Shown: piece by piece, positions 42,837 through 54,854 of the stretch | How the letters are laid out: the number at the start of each line of letters is the position of its first letter | Numbering within the stretch: the stretch's first letter is position 1 | Assembly (NCBI GenBank): GCA_002269645.1 | Contig: NIVC01001344.1 | Coordinates: 1 to 64,000 of the forward strand | Source of the DNA: Macrostomum lignano | Taxonomy: Eukaryota | Direction of reading: 5' to 3' | DNA length: 64,000 nucleotides | Made by a program: the position numbers and the translations under genes | The notes under the pieces: generated by a model | Database searches by the model: none | What the model was told of the DNA's origin: nothing | The model's input: only the letters and a program-made list of their open reading frames with translations

Positions 42837-45800
42837 TCAGGCCTTGGCAATGCCGGGCAGCGCGGGGTGGCAGCTGCGCGCTGCTTCCAGCCTTCGAAGC
42901 TCGGCCTTGACGGCGGCTGCCTGCTCCCGGGTGAGACGGAACCGCGGCGGCTTGTACACGGATTTGTACACCGTGTCAAAGTCGCGCTCGCCGTCTGTTG
43001 GCGCCGCGGTGACCACCGGCTTAAACGAAACCGTCGGGGCCAGCGGCTTGGCGACGAAGCTGGACCGGGTCTCGGAATCGCCCTCCAACCTGTCGAACTT
43101 CGGCACATGATGATAGGCCAGGTGAAAATCACCGTGGCGCATCCGGGGGGACACCGGCTCCGCAGCTGCCCGGCGATAGGCCTCCGAGCTGGTGGTCTCT
43201 GAGGCGAACTTGCCTGCGAATCTGGTGCTGGCTTCCGGGGGCTTCACTCGCTCTCGGTAGGCCTCCCTGCCGAGGCGGTGGGTGACGGATATGCATGCTG
43301 AGGACCATGTGTCACAAACTGAGGACAATGTGTCACATGCATGCTGAGGACCATGTGTCACAAACTGAGGACAATGTGTCACAAACTAAAAACAACGTGT
43401 CCTAAACTGCAGACCAGAGGCCACAAACTGAGGATCAGTTGTAGAAATCAAATAACCAGGTGTCAAACTCAAATAACCAGGTGTCAGACTCAAATAACCA
43501 GGTGTCAAACTCAAATAACCAGGTGTCAGACTCAAATAACCAGGTGTCAGACTCAAATAACCAGGTGTCAAACTCAAATAACCTGATTTCAGACTCAAAT
43601 AACCTGGTGTCAGACTCAAATAACCTGGTGTCAGACTCAAATAACCAGGTGTCAGACTCAAATAACCAGGTGTCAGACTCAAATAACCTGGTGTCAAACT
43701 CAAATAACCTGATTTCAGACTCAAATAACCAGGTGTCAAACTCAAATAACCAGGTGTCAGACTCAAATAACCAGGTGTCAGACTCAAATAACCTGGTGTC
43801 AAACTCAAATAACCTGATTTCAGACTCAAATAACCAGGTGTCAAACTCAAATAACCAGGGGTCAGACTCAAATAACCAGGTGTCAAACTCAAATAACCAG
43901 GGGTCAGACTCAAATAACCAGGTGTCAAACTCAAATAACCAGGGGTCAGACTCAAATAACCAGGTGTCAAACTCAAATAACCAGGTGTCAGACTCAAATA
44001 ACCAGGTGTCAAACTCAAATAACCAGGGGTCAGACTCAAATAACCTGGTGTCAAAACCAAATAACCAGGTGTCAAATACAAAATGATTTTCCAAAAAAGA
44101 AGACCCATTCCCCCACCGCAGGTCCTTGGTTTGGTAGTCCAGATGGCTAGTCGACTCGCCCTCCATGCGGCCCTCTGGAGCTGTGTACTGACTCGGGTCC
44201 TTCTTGAAGCTGGCCGGCACGGGGTGATGAGTTACGTCGACACCGCGGAACTCATGACGCTGCTCCGTGTTCCAGTAACCGTTGCGATCGTATCTGCGAG
44301 GCGACGGGAGTAGCAGAGTGGAACCTCACCCCAACACTTCACAATTGACAACAGTATCTCATCCCGTAAAGATTAACGGACTCTATAATCTCACCCGCCT
44401 TTGAATGACGGAGTAAAAAAATTCACCCTATATATCAAGGGATATCATAAATCTCACCCGATAGATCAATAGGTCTCATAAATCTCACCCGATAGATCAA
44501 TAGGTCTCATAAATCTCACCCCATAGATCAATAGGTCTCATAAATCTCACCACCATAGATCAATGGATATCATAAATCTCACCCCATGGATCAATACGTC
44601 TCATAAATCCCACCCGATAGATCAATAGGTCTCATAAATCTCACCCCATAGATCAATAGGTCTCATAAATCTCACCCCCATAGATCAATGGATATCATAA
44701 ATCTCACCCCCATAGATCAATGGATATCATAAATCTCACCCCCATAGATCAATGGATATCATAAATCTCACCCCCATAGATCAATAGGTCTCATAAATCT
44801 CACCCCCATAGACCAATGGATATCATAAATCTCACCCCCATAGATCAATAGGTCTCATAAATCTCACCCCCATAGATAAATGGATATCATAAATCTCACC
44901 CCCATAGATCAATGGATATCATAAATCTCACCCCCATAGATCAATGGATATCATAAATCTCACCCCCATAGATCAATAGGTCTCATAAATCTCACCCCCA
45001 TAGACCAATGGATATCATAAATCTCACCCCCATAGATCAATAGGTCTCATAAATCTCACCCCCATAGATAAATGGATGTCATAAATCTCACCCCATAGAT
45101 CAATGGATATCATAAATCTCACCCCCATAGATCAATGGATATCATAAATCTCACCCCCATAGATCAATAGGTCTCATAAATCTCACCCCATAGATCAATA
45201 GCACTCATAAATCTCACCCATAGATCAATAGGTCTCATAAATCTCACCCCATAGATCAATAGGTCTCATAAATCTCACCCCCATAGATCAATAGTTCTTA
45301 TAAATCTCACCCCCATAGATCAATATGTCTCATAAATCTCACCCCCATAGATCAATGGATATCATAAATCTCACCCCCATAGATCAATATGTCTCATAAA
45401 TCTCACCCCCATAGATCAATAGTTCTCATAAATCTCACCCCCATAGATCAATGGATCTAATAAATCTCACCCCATAGATCAATCGTTCTCATAAATCTCA
45501 CCCCCATAGATCAATAGTTCTTATAAATCTCACCCCCATAGATCAATAGTTCTTATAAATCTCACCCCCATAGATGAATAGGTCTCATAAATCTCACCCC
45601 CATAGATCAATGGATATCATAAATCTCACCCCCATAGATCAATAGGTCTCATAAATCTCACCCCATAGATCAATAGGTCTCATAAATCTCACCCCCATAG
45701 ATCAATAGTTCTCATAAATCTCACCCCCATAGATGAATGGAAATCATAAATCTCACCCCATAGATCAATAGGTCTCATAAATCTCACCCCATAGATCAAT

Positions 45801-48429
45801 AGGTCTCATAAATCTCACCCCCATAGATCAATAGTTCTCATAAATCTCACCCCCATAGATGAATGGAAATCATAAATCTCACCCCATAGATCAATAGGTC
45901 TCATAAATCTCACCCCATAGATCAATAGGTCTCATAAATCTCACCCCCATAGATCAATAGTTCTCATAAATCTCACCCCCATAGATGAATGGAAATCATA
46001 AATCTCACCCCATAGATCAATAGGTCTCATAAATCTCACCCCATAGATCAATAGGTCTCATAAATCTCACCCCCATAGATCAATAGTTCTCATAAATCAC
46101 ACCCCCATAGATCAATAGTTCTTATAAATCTCACCCCCATAGATCAATAGGTCTCATAAATCTCACCCCCATAGATCAATGGATATCATAAATCTCACCC
46201 CCATAGATCAATAGGTCTCATAAATCTCACCCCATAGATCAATAGGTCTCATAAATCTCACCCCCATAGATCAATAGTTCTCATAAATCTCACCCCCATA
46301 GATGAATGGAAATCATAAATCTCACTCCATAGATCAATGGATATCATAAATCTCACAAAAACTTCGCCCAAATTTATCATCAAAATTGAATACATGCATA
46401 TCAAATTCTAATCTACTTAAAGGAGCCAGCTAAGATTTTTTCTCACTTCAAATCCACCATCGCTTCGGGAGGCTGGGACCTCTCCGACCGCTTGAACTGC
46501 CTGGTATCGTAGCCTTTGAAATCCGCCCTGGTCTGCGTCTCCGAGTGCATCGGCAGCTTGCGCTCCATCACCGCCTCGTTGCTCTGGCGGGCCGGTGGCG
46601 GCCGGCTCAGCCCAGGGGGCATCGGTCGGTAGGTGTCCCTGTTCACCGTGGTGAAGTCCTGGACACCGTCCAGTGCCAGATTGCCGACCGCCGGCACGGC
46701 CGGTATGGCAGGAACGCCGCGAGGACCTTCGAAGTAAAAGTGGGAGTCAAGTTAGCTCAGTAGACTCAGCACTGCCCCAGTAGCTTAAGGGTCTAGTGCT
46801 CAGTACTCAGTAGCCTAAGAGACGAGTGCTCAGAGTGTTCATCAGTAGCCTAACAGGCGAGTGCTCAGAGTGTTCAGTAGCCTAAGAAGCGACTGCTCAG
46901 AGTGCTCAGTAGCCTAAGAGGCGACTGCTCAGAGTGCCCAGTAGCCTAAGAGACGACTGCTCAGAGTGCCCAGTAGCCTAAGAGACGTGTTCTCAGAGTG
47001 CTCAGTAACCTCAGCACTGCCCCAGCCCCAGCTCTCACCCTTGTAAGTAGACTGGTTGACAGTCTCCAGCTCCCTGGCCCTGCCCGGGTTGAGCACCGAG
47101 CCCATAAATTCGGGCATCTCGCCGTAGCGAATCGGATTCCGGCCGGTGCTCCAGCCTTTGTAGTCGGCCATGCTGGTTGTCTGGCCTTGAAATTGGCCGT
47201 TTGCCACCAGCACCCTGCCGGCGCCGCCTCGGACAGCGTCCGGCTTGCGGTGCTCTACCGGGCCGAGCGGACGCTCTTTGTATTCGTCCTGAACAAAGAC
47301 GAGAGGGCGGCGGGAATGACAACGGAGTATTGAGACTGCAAATAACCCCCTATCACATCATTTATGGCTTTAACATCAGGAATAATAACTCTGAACCAGA
47401 CACCTGGAATTATCTGACTCAGACACCTGGAATTACCTGACTCAGACACCTGGAATTACTTGACTCAGACACCTGGAATTACCTGACTCAGACACCTGGA
47501 ATTATCTGACTCAGACACCTGGAATTACCTGACTCAGACACCTGGACTTACCTGACTCAGACACCTGGAACCACAAGACTCAGAGACCTGGAACAACCTG
47601 ACTCAGAGACCTGGAACCACAAGACTCAGAGATCTGAAATCACAAGACTCATAGACCTGAAACCACAAGACTCAGGGACCTGGAACTACAAGACTCAGAG
47701 ACGTGAAGCCACAAGACTCAGAGATCTGAAATCACAAGACTCATAGACCTGAAACCACAAGACTCAGAGACCTGAAACCACAAGACTTAGAGACGTGAAG
47801 CCACAAGACTCAGAGATCTGAAATCACAAGACTCATAGACCTGAAACCACAAGACTCAGGGACCTGGAACTACAAGACTCAGAGACCCGGAACCACCTGA
47901 CTCAGACAGCTGGAATCCCATGATCCAGCCTCCCAATTACCTGATACACGGTAGCCCGTTTGTCGCCCATCTGGTCACGCCACACCCAAGAAGGCCCGTC
48001 TCCGTCGCCTCCTTTCTTTTGCACCGGCTCGTTCCGAGCCGCCCTTAAGTCCTTGGGCACGAAGTCGGCCCGCTGCGAGGTGTCCCAGCTCATCGCCTGG
48101 CTCCGCTTGCCGCCGCCGCCGCCAGCCGGCGGTGGTCGCTTGCTAGACCGTTTCCGCAGCTCCTTGGCGATGTACGTGTCCTGATAGTGCGACTTGCCCA
48201 ATCGGCCCTTCGGACCGGCAGCTTCGGCAGCCGCCGCCGCAGCGGCCGCCTGCTCCTCGGCAACCAATCCAGGCGTCGGGATGTTGTACAATCCGTACAG
48301 CAGCTCGCGAGTTCGCTCAGGATGCGCCCGCATCAGCGCTTCGAGCTCAGAATCGATTACCGAACCGCGCGACACCGGCAGACTGGGCGGCGGCTGCCGC
48401 TGCGGCTGCGGAGCCGCTGTAGCTGGCAT
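42837..48429 (-). CDS. SAXO/FAM154-like stabilizer of axonemal microtubules, ~541 aa; exons 48429-47941, 47288-47039, 46726-46447, 44293-44117, 43266-42837
   Basis: All junctions are GT-AG with consistent phases (1626 nt). Repeated Mn-like motifs: DTSQRADF, TVYQDEY, QTTSMADY, DFTTVNRDTY, ETQTRADF, GESTSHLDY, ETTSSEAY, DFDTVYKSVY. Confidence 0.75.
43300..44085. repeat. 21-bp minisatellite (TCAAATAACCAGGTGTCAGAC) preceded by a short GAGGACCATGTGTCACAAACT repeat, SAXO-like intron 4
   Basis: Visible tandem arrays. Confidence 0.95.
44440..46360. repeat. 31-32-bp minisatellite (CATAAATCTCACCCCCATAGATCAATAGGTCT), SAXO-like intron 3
   Basis: Visible array of ~1.9 kb. Confidence 0.97.
46760..47015. 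repeat. 32-bp minisatellite (AGTAGCCTAAGAGACGACTGCTCAGAGTGCTC), SAXO-like intron 2
   Basis: About 7 copies. Confidence 0.9.
47390..47905. repeat. 23-bp minisatellite (GACTCAGACACCTGGAATTACCT, grading to GACTCAGAGACCTGAAACCACAA), SAXO-like intron 1
   Basis: Visible tandem array. Confidence 0.93.
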
Positions 48430-48613
48430 GTCTGGCTAAGTTCTGCTTTCGCTGATGTCTTCTGCCACTAACAGATGTTGTAAGCAGCTAGTGTAGTCTA
48501 TAGTCTTTAGTAATTATACTATAACTTTTAGACACGGCAGATTCAGATGGTAATAAAGTATTAGAGAAGACTCCAAGAGAGAGAGAGAGATAAAAACGTT
48601 GCTATTGACAACA

Positions 48614-49051
48614 AAACGTTAGTCGAGGCGAGAGGGAGAGAGAGAAGAGATGGCTAGGTAGCGAGTCTCTCTGTACGAGTCTGCTCTGGCCCATGGTTGG
48701 CTGCCTGAGATTAGCTGCTCGCTGTCGGGGGAAGGGGGGCTGGCAGGACTGAGAGGCTGACTAGACGGACAATACAATTTGGCAGGTGGATTTGAGCTGC
48801 TGGTTGAGCAGTCGAGATGAGGTGGCCCAGCTACGCAAGATTTTGCGGCGGGCGAGAGGGAGAGGGAGAGAGAAGAAAGGAAATAGAAAAAGAGCGGAGC
48901 ACAGAAAAATTAAAGGGTTCAGCTTTGTAGTGCGTCTAAAAAACTGCCACAGAATCTGCTGAAGAAGTGCCGCAGCCTTTACTTATGTTTTCGGCCTATA
49001 TGATTTACGGATTTAACCACAACAAAATTAGATGCTCACACAGAAACGTTT
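48614..49051. repeat. 438-bp direct repeat, left copy (putative target-site duplication)
   Basis: I found no differences from 54206-54643 on line-by-line comparison (offset 5592). Confidence 0.95.
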
Positions 49052-49147
49052 TACTTAACTTAACTTAGCTGCAGGGCTGTCCCGGAGGGGACACAGCGGG
49101 AAGGCGCGGGCGCCCATTCCGCTAGTCCCTGAACGGCCGACGCGTCG

Positions 49148-52100
49148 CTATGGACGGAGGGTTGGCGCCGCCCAGGGAGGTCCCCCAGTGTCGCCAGCAG
49201 CTATGGTGCTCTCTGGAAAGGAGAGTTCAGCCCTGCGGGTGGCCCGAAGGTAGCGCATGAGCTGATTAAAGTTTTCGGGTTTGCACGCTTCAGTAATAGA
49301 TGTGTGTGGCCCGAGGTAAGTGAGTCTGGCCCGCGTGAAGGCGGGACAGATGCTGACGAAATGCTCAGCGGTTTCGTCACCTGAGTTGCAGAAACTACAG
49401 GTGGCGTTGGTGGCGTTGCCCTGCAGGTACTGGTGCCTGGAGAAGCAGCCGTGACCAGAGAGGGTCATGGTGGCAGCCCGGATGTCTCTGCGCGAGAGGC
49501 GCAAGAGGAGCTTCCGGAGCTGGTGAGAGGGCTGAGGGACAGCGCCTCTGGATTGCCTGCAGTTCGTGCGGTTCGCCCAAGTCGAGCGGTGCTGAGTCCT
49601 GATCCACGCTTTGATGCGCGAGTCGATGACACAGCCAGGAATCGGGACAAGAGGTTCGGGGCCGAGAGAGGAGCCGGAGGCACCAACTTTTGCAAGGGTG
49701 TCAGCCAACTCATTTCCTCGGATCCCCACATGCCCCGGAACCCACTTAAGGGTAATTTTGTTGGCGGAACCCAACACATTGAGGAGTTTGATACAGTCAA
49801 GGACTGTAGCAGAGTTGGTGCTGCAGCCACTGATGGCGTGCAAGGCAGCTTGGCTGTCCGAATGGAAAATGATGTTCTTACCAGTAACGCCAGTGGCGAG
49901 AAGCTCTGCAGTGCAGGAGCTGATGGCCAGAACTTCATTTTGGAAAACACTGGAGTTGACCCCAGTGTATTGAGCGTGGGTAGCGATGACCCTCCCGTTC
50001 AGAAAGATTCCAACACCAAAGCCGGTGTTGGCTGACTGCTTAGAACCGTCGGTGTAGCAATGAAGCTCACCAGGGTTCCAATGGTCATTGATGTTATCGC
50101 GCGAGTCGATAGCTACGGAGTAGCGCTGTCTCAGGTTGAGCGTTGAGGCAATGCCATCGGTGAAGACGCGATTGGCCTGACACTCGTTGAGAAAGTTGAG
50201 GCACAGATCGCTATGCGGGACAAGGTTCCGCTTAGCAGGTGCTCTCATGTAAATGAATTTGACGCCGGCATCAATTAGACGCCGCGTCGTTCTAGCCGCC
50301 TCACCCCTGATGAAGAGGTCAAGAGGCGGAAGATTAAGAAAGGCCCCCATGCCAGCAAAGGGCGTGGACCTGGTGGCGTTGCAGATGAGCCTACACGCTC
50401 TGCCTTGGATCGTGTTGAGCAGGTCTGCATGGCTTTTGACCTGGGTAGCGCTAACCCAGACAACAGAGGCGTACGTAATGGCAGGTCTAACTACGGAAGT
50501 ATAGATCCACCAAAGCCGCTTTGGGGATAGACCCCAAGAAGTGCCAAGTGCTCGTCGGAGCTGGGCCAGGATGGCTGAGGCACGCTTAGCTTTTGCTTTC
50601 ACGTGGAAGGACCAGTTGAGCCGGTGGTCAAGTGTGACCCCGAGACATCTGGTCTGGTGCGCGAAGGCAATATCTCTGCCGTAGAGCTGCAGAGGACGTA
50701 TGTTCCAGCGTAGTCTGCTGGTAAACATAATGGCAACGGTTTTGGGCTCAGAGAGTTCCAAACCATTGTCATTGGCCCAGGATTCTGCTTTGCGGATAAA
50801 GCTCTGCATCAGATCCCTGAGCGTGCTGGGAGACGGTCCTGCCACAATGGCCGTGACGTCATCAGCATACCCGACTTTGAAGACGGGGTCAGGTCGGGAG
50901 TCACTCAGAAGAGCGTCCATGACCAGGTTCCAGAGCGTCGGGGTGAGGACTCCGCCTTGGGGTCCACCCTTACAGACTCTGGTGGAGGCAGTTTGCCCAA
51001 GAAGTTGGGCAGTGACCGTACGGTTGGAGATCATGTACATGATCCACCGTATGAGGGTAGCATGAGCTTTGCGATTTTGAAGGGCCCTCTGAAACGCTTC
51101 AAAGATAACGTTGTCGAAGGCGCCAACAATGTCAAGAAAGAGAGCCAGGGCGTAACCGTCACCCAGTACCGCCCGTTCAATCTTTTCGACAATCGCATGC
51201 AGGGCGCTGTCAGTCGACCTCCCGGTACGGAAGGCGTGCTGATTATTGCTGAGGGGCATCGCTGTCAGCTCGCAGGAGAGCAGCCGCCAGAGAATAAGCC
51301 TCTCAGTGAGCTTAAGCATTGCTGACGTTAAGCTAATTGGCCGGAAGGCCTTGACGCTTTGGTAGTCACCCTTCCCAGGTTTGGGAATAAAGACTACTCG
51401 AGCTTCAGTCCAGCTTTTGGGAACGTATCCCAGCTGGATAGAGGCCCGCATAAGATTGCGGGTGAGTCTCAGGAACGAGGGTATCTTGGCTGCTTCACGA
51501 AGGAGAACAGGGTAGATACCATCAGGTCCAGGAGATTTGAAGGGTTTGAAGGTTCTGACCGCACGAGCGATTAGGTCTTCAGTGACAATGCCCGCCGCTA
51601 GGGTGGCTCCATCCATCGAATGGTTGGGCTCCGGTCTAGCAGTAGGTACCCTCGGAAGAATGTGCTAAGCATATGCTGAAGCACTTCTTCAGGGTCTTTA
51701 GTAAGAGAGCCATCATCTTTTTTATCATGGCTAATTTGGACATTTTGTCCATTGTAAGGGCCTTGACAAGCCTAGAAGTAGGTCTGTCTTGATCCAATTC
51801 ATTGCAGAATTGGCGCCACTTACATTCCTTGGCCTTGCGCACTTCAGATTTGAAATTGCGGGAGGCTTGCCGGAAAAGCTCCATGTCCTCCGGGTTTCCG
51901 GTCTTCATGGCACGGCGATGAAGGCTTTTGGCCTTCCGCCTGAGTTTCCCCAGCTCCGGGTTCCACCACGGCGCCGAGGTCTTGCCTTTGTAGGCGCGAG
52001 CAGGACAAGCCGCTTCGTAGGCTTTAATAATGCAACCTGTCAGCGTCTCAGCCATATGATCCACATCCTCGCAGGTCTCAATCGGACGTAAGTCCGTGAG

Positions 52101-52885
52101 TTCCTGCAGGTGCAGATCAAGGGCAGCCTTGTAGGCCGCCCAATCAGTGTTGCGGATATTGCGTCTCCAAGTGATCGGAGACTGGGTTTTAGTGTCCGCG
52201 ATATTAAAGGCGATAAAGCAGTGGTCAGACAGGGAGGGCTCCTCAGACCAGACTCTCCACTCCTTGACTCTGTCAAAGAGTCTTGGGGTAACGAGTGTGG
52301 CGTCGAGGACCTCGGTCCATCTGCCATTATTAAAGGTAGGAGTGCTGCCGCGGTTGCAGAGCATGAGGTTTGTGTTAGAGATGAGGGCCAGAAGCTCCTC
52401 TCCTCTAGTGTTGGTATCTTTGCTGCCCCAGTGCTTGTGGTGCGCGTTGAGGTCGCCCCCTAAGCACAGCTCAGCGTTCTGGGACTCGCAGTACTGCGCA
52501 AGGCGCAGTAAACTCTCGGAGCAGGGTCTCTGTCGCCTGGGATATAAACCGAGGCAACAAGACACGTACGCGGAGAGAAATGATTAGATTGGATGACGCA
52601 AAGGTCTCCATCAGAGAGATCAGTCCTCAGCCAAGCCTGGAGATGGCTAGCAGCGAGGATAGCCGCTCTAGGGCGGCTGTTCCCCGGGCCACACACATAA
52701 AAATCAGAGTAGCCAGAGGGAATGTTGGGCAACTTACCGTTGCGCATCCAGGGTTCCTGGATCAGGATGAGGCCTGGCCTGTACAGCTCAGCAATCTTCA
52801 TCAGATTTACTGACGCAGATACGCAATGCTGTAAATTTATTTGCAGACAGAATGTCGCTCCTTTGGCAGCGTGGAGCTTAGTCAT
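49148..52885 (-). CDS. ORF2: APE endonuclease + reverse transcriptase + RNase H + CCHC knuckle (~1246 aa after repairing three 1-nt deletions)
   Basis: QINLQH, LIQEPW, GGDLNAHHKHWGS and SDH (APE); KSPGPDGI, PQGGVLTPTLWN and YADD (RT); YTDGSK, NE, SDSQAAL and WVPGHVGIRGNELAD (RNase H); CSFC..ETAEHF..C. Frames change near 52520, 51715 and 51655. Confidence 0.92.
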
Positions 52886-52924
52886 ACTGTATTAAATGCA
52901 ATATCTGGCTAGAGCCCAGGGCCA

Positions 52925-54193
52925 TCAAGGAGACTTGGACAACAGATCGTCCTCGTCCCAGGCCGCTGGGGCTTGACTGGGAGATGGGAGTTGGTCGACG
53001 TCCATGGCCTCCTCACCCCCACCGGCCCCCCCAGCAGAGTCCTCAGGCTCCGATGACAGGATGGAGGAAGCTTCCTCACCTGCATCTTTACCTTCAGACC
53101 CCACCAAGGTGGCCGAGGAGAGCTCGGATTCCGAAGACCCGGCCTCGTCCTCAACTCCTTCTCCGACTGGCAGGTTTGGTTCCCGGGGCTCGGCCGGAGC
53201 CGTTACCGCGGTCGCCGAACTGCTGCTAGCAGAGGGGCGAGATGCAGCTTTGGCTTTGGGATCGGCTTGCGCCTTTCCTTGGGCCTTAGACTGCGCCCCG
53301 CTCTTGCCGGAGATGCCGGGGTTGGCAGTAGCCTTCCCTTTGGCAGACTTTCCTCGGCGCAACTTGAGCTTGAGGGCACCCAGCTGGAAAGAGGATCCAT
53401 TAGGGTACCGACTCGCCCAAGTGCTGGAAAGGCCGAGGACAATTGAGTTGCCCGTCTCCCCCCTGCGGACTTTGCGGTGATACACCAGTCCACTAGCAGG
53501 GAGGTCGGGGTTCAGACGCAGTAGGACCCGGCGAATAACGTCTGGTCCAGCTGCGGTGCTCTTAGCAGGGACAAAAACCACATAGGGTATCGTCTTTGGA
53601 CGCTGGCCCTCGCGAAGAAAGAGAGCTCCACCAAGGTCAGCATCCAAGGAGACCGTCGGTAGCCGCTGGAGCAGCCGCCGAGCGTCCTCCTCGCTGCTAG
53701 GAGCAATAAGAACGAATGTGCTTCGCAGCACCATCCGCTCAACGCCGATGGAGATTCCCTCCTCGACAGTCAGCTCAATCAGATAGGAGTCAACAGCACT
53801 CCACACTTTTTGAAGCTGATCAGTGGTCCAGTCCTGGTCGCGACCTTGGATGATCACTCCCGGGATTTTGGCCTTGGCCTTCGCCGCAAAGGTAGCTCCC
53901 GAAGGAACCTCCTTGTTGGCAGTGGCCATTTGTTGCGCCGTGGTTTCGGCCTCAGCAGCCGCGGCAGCAGCTCCAGGGAGCGCCGCCGCTGAACTACTGG
54001 AGCTTCTACCGGCCGGCCCGCCTGGTTGCCTTGGGACTCCAGTCGCTTCAGCATCCATGGTGGACGCCGCCGCTTTGGCCCCCGCAGCTCCCTTCTTGGC
54101 CTGCCTTTTGGCGCGTTGTTTAGCGCGTTTGCGCTCAAGCCGAGCCCGCTGAGCTTCATCGGATCTGCCAGATTTGGCCGGTCCTTTAGGCTT
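52925..54193 (-). CDS. ORF1 (gag-like; central region resembles the DUF4780-type ORF1 of Loa elements), N-terminally truncated; first remaining ATG at 54058
   Basis: 377 aa from 54058. Upstream in-frame KPKGPAKSGRSDEAQRARLERKRAK.. runs to the junction with no stop. The domain assignment is from memory. Confidence 0.7.
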   Translation of the reverse strand, partial: KPKGPAKSGRSDEAQRARLERKRAKQRAKRQAKKGAAGAKAAASTMDAEATGVPRQPGGPAGRSSSSSAAALPGAAAAAAEAETTAQQMATANKEVPSGATFAAKAKAKIPGVIIQGRDQDWTTDQLQKVWSAVDSYLIELTVEEGISIGVERMVLRSTFVLIAPSSEEDARRLLQRLPTVSLDADLGGALFLREGQRPKTIPYVVFVPAKSTAAGPDVIRRVLLRLNPDLPASGLVYHRKVRRGETGNSIVLGLSSTWASRYPNGSSFQLGALKLKLRRGKSAKGKATANPGISGKSGAQSKAQGKAQADPKAKAASRPSASSSSATAVTAPAEPREPNLPVGEGVEDEAGSSESELSSATLVGSEGKDAGEEASSILSSEPEDSAGGAGGGEEAMDVDQLPSPSQAPAAWDEDDLLSKSP

Positions 54194-54205
54194 ACGTTAG
54201 TCGTT

Positions 54206-54643
54206 AAACGTTAGTCGAGGCGAGAGGGAGAGAGAGAAGAGATGGCTAGGTAGCGAGTCTCTCTGTACGAGTCTGCTCTGGCCCATGGTTGGCTGCCTGA
54301 GATTAGCTGCTCGCTGTCGGGGGAAGGGGGGCTGGCAGGACTGAGAGGCTGACTAGACGGACAATACAATTTGGCAGGTGGATTTGAGCTGCTGGTTGAG
54401 CAGTCGAGATGAGGTGGCCCAGCTACGCAAGATTTTGCGGCGGGCGAGAGGGAGAGGGAGAGAGAAGAAAGGAAATAGAAAAAGAGCGGAGCACAGAAAA
54501 ATTAAAGGGTTCAGCTTTGTAGTGCGTCTAAAAAACTGCCACAGAATCTGCTGAAGAAGTGCCGCAGCCTTTACTTATGTTTTCGGCCTATATGATTTAC
54601 GGATTTAACCACAACAAAATTAGATGCTCACACAGAAACGTTT
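54206..54643. repeat. 438-bp direct repeat, right copy
   Basis: Identical to 48614-49051. Confidence 0.95.
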
Positions 54644-54854
54644 ACTTATCAATATTTCTCATATGAATAACAGCATTAGTATGCACTGTATCGCGCATTA
54701 AGGGCACAATTTAACAAGACAACTATGTAAAACAATTTGGTAAATATTACGAGTAATACTCGAGTACCTTCAAATTTCAATCATTTAATTACAAGTCGAA
54801 AGTAATTGCGTATCTAATTGCTTTACACAAATTTCCGAACTTTCTCACTTCATT

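Larger units (their letters stand above)
49052..54205 (-). mobile_element. 5'-truncated non-LTR retrotransposon, Loa/R1-like (I group), with a (TAAGT)3 tail
   Basis: ORF1 plus ORF2 (APE, RT, RNase H, C-terminal zinc knuckle). There is a ~95-nt 3' UTR, then TAAGTTAAGTTAAGTAA on the - strand. The ORF1 frame stays open right up to the 5' junction at ~54193. Confidence 0.93.

Noticed and set aside
49395-54214. Many overlapping antisense and alternative-frame ORFs within the LINE
   Set aside because: These are expected by-products of GC-rich coding sequence and carry no recognisable motifs.
48614-54643. LTR retrotransposon interpretation
   Set aside because: The repeats have no TG...CA ends, PBS or PPT, and there is no protease or integrase. 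The enzymes are APE plus LINE-type RT, and a simple-repeat tail lies inside the repeat boundary.
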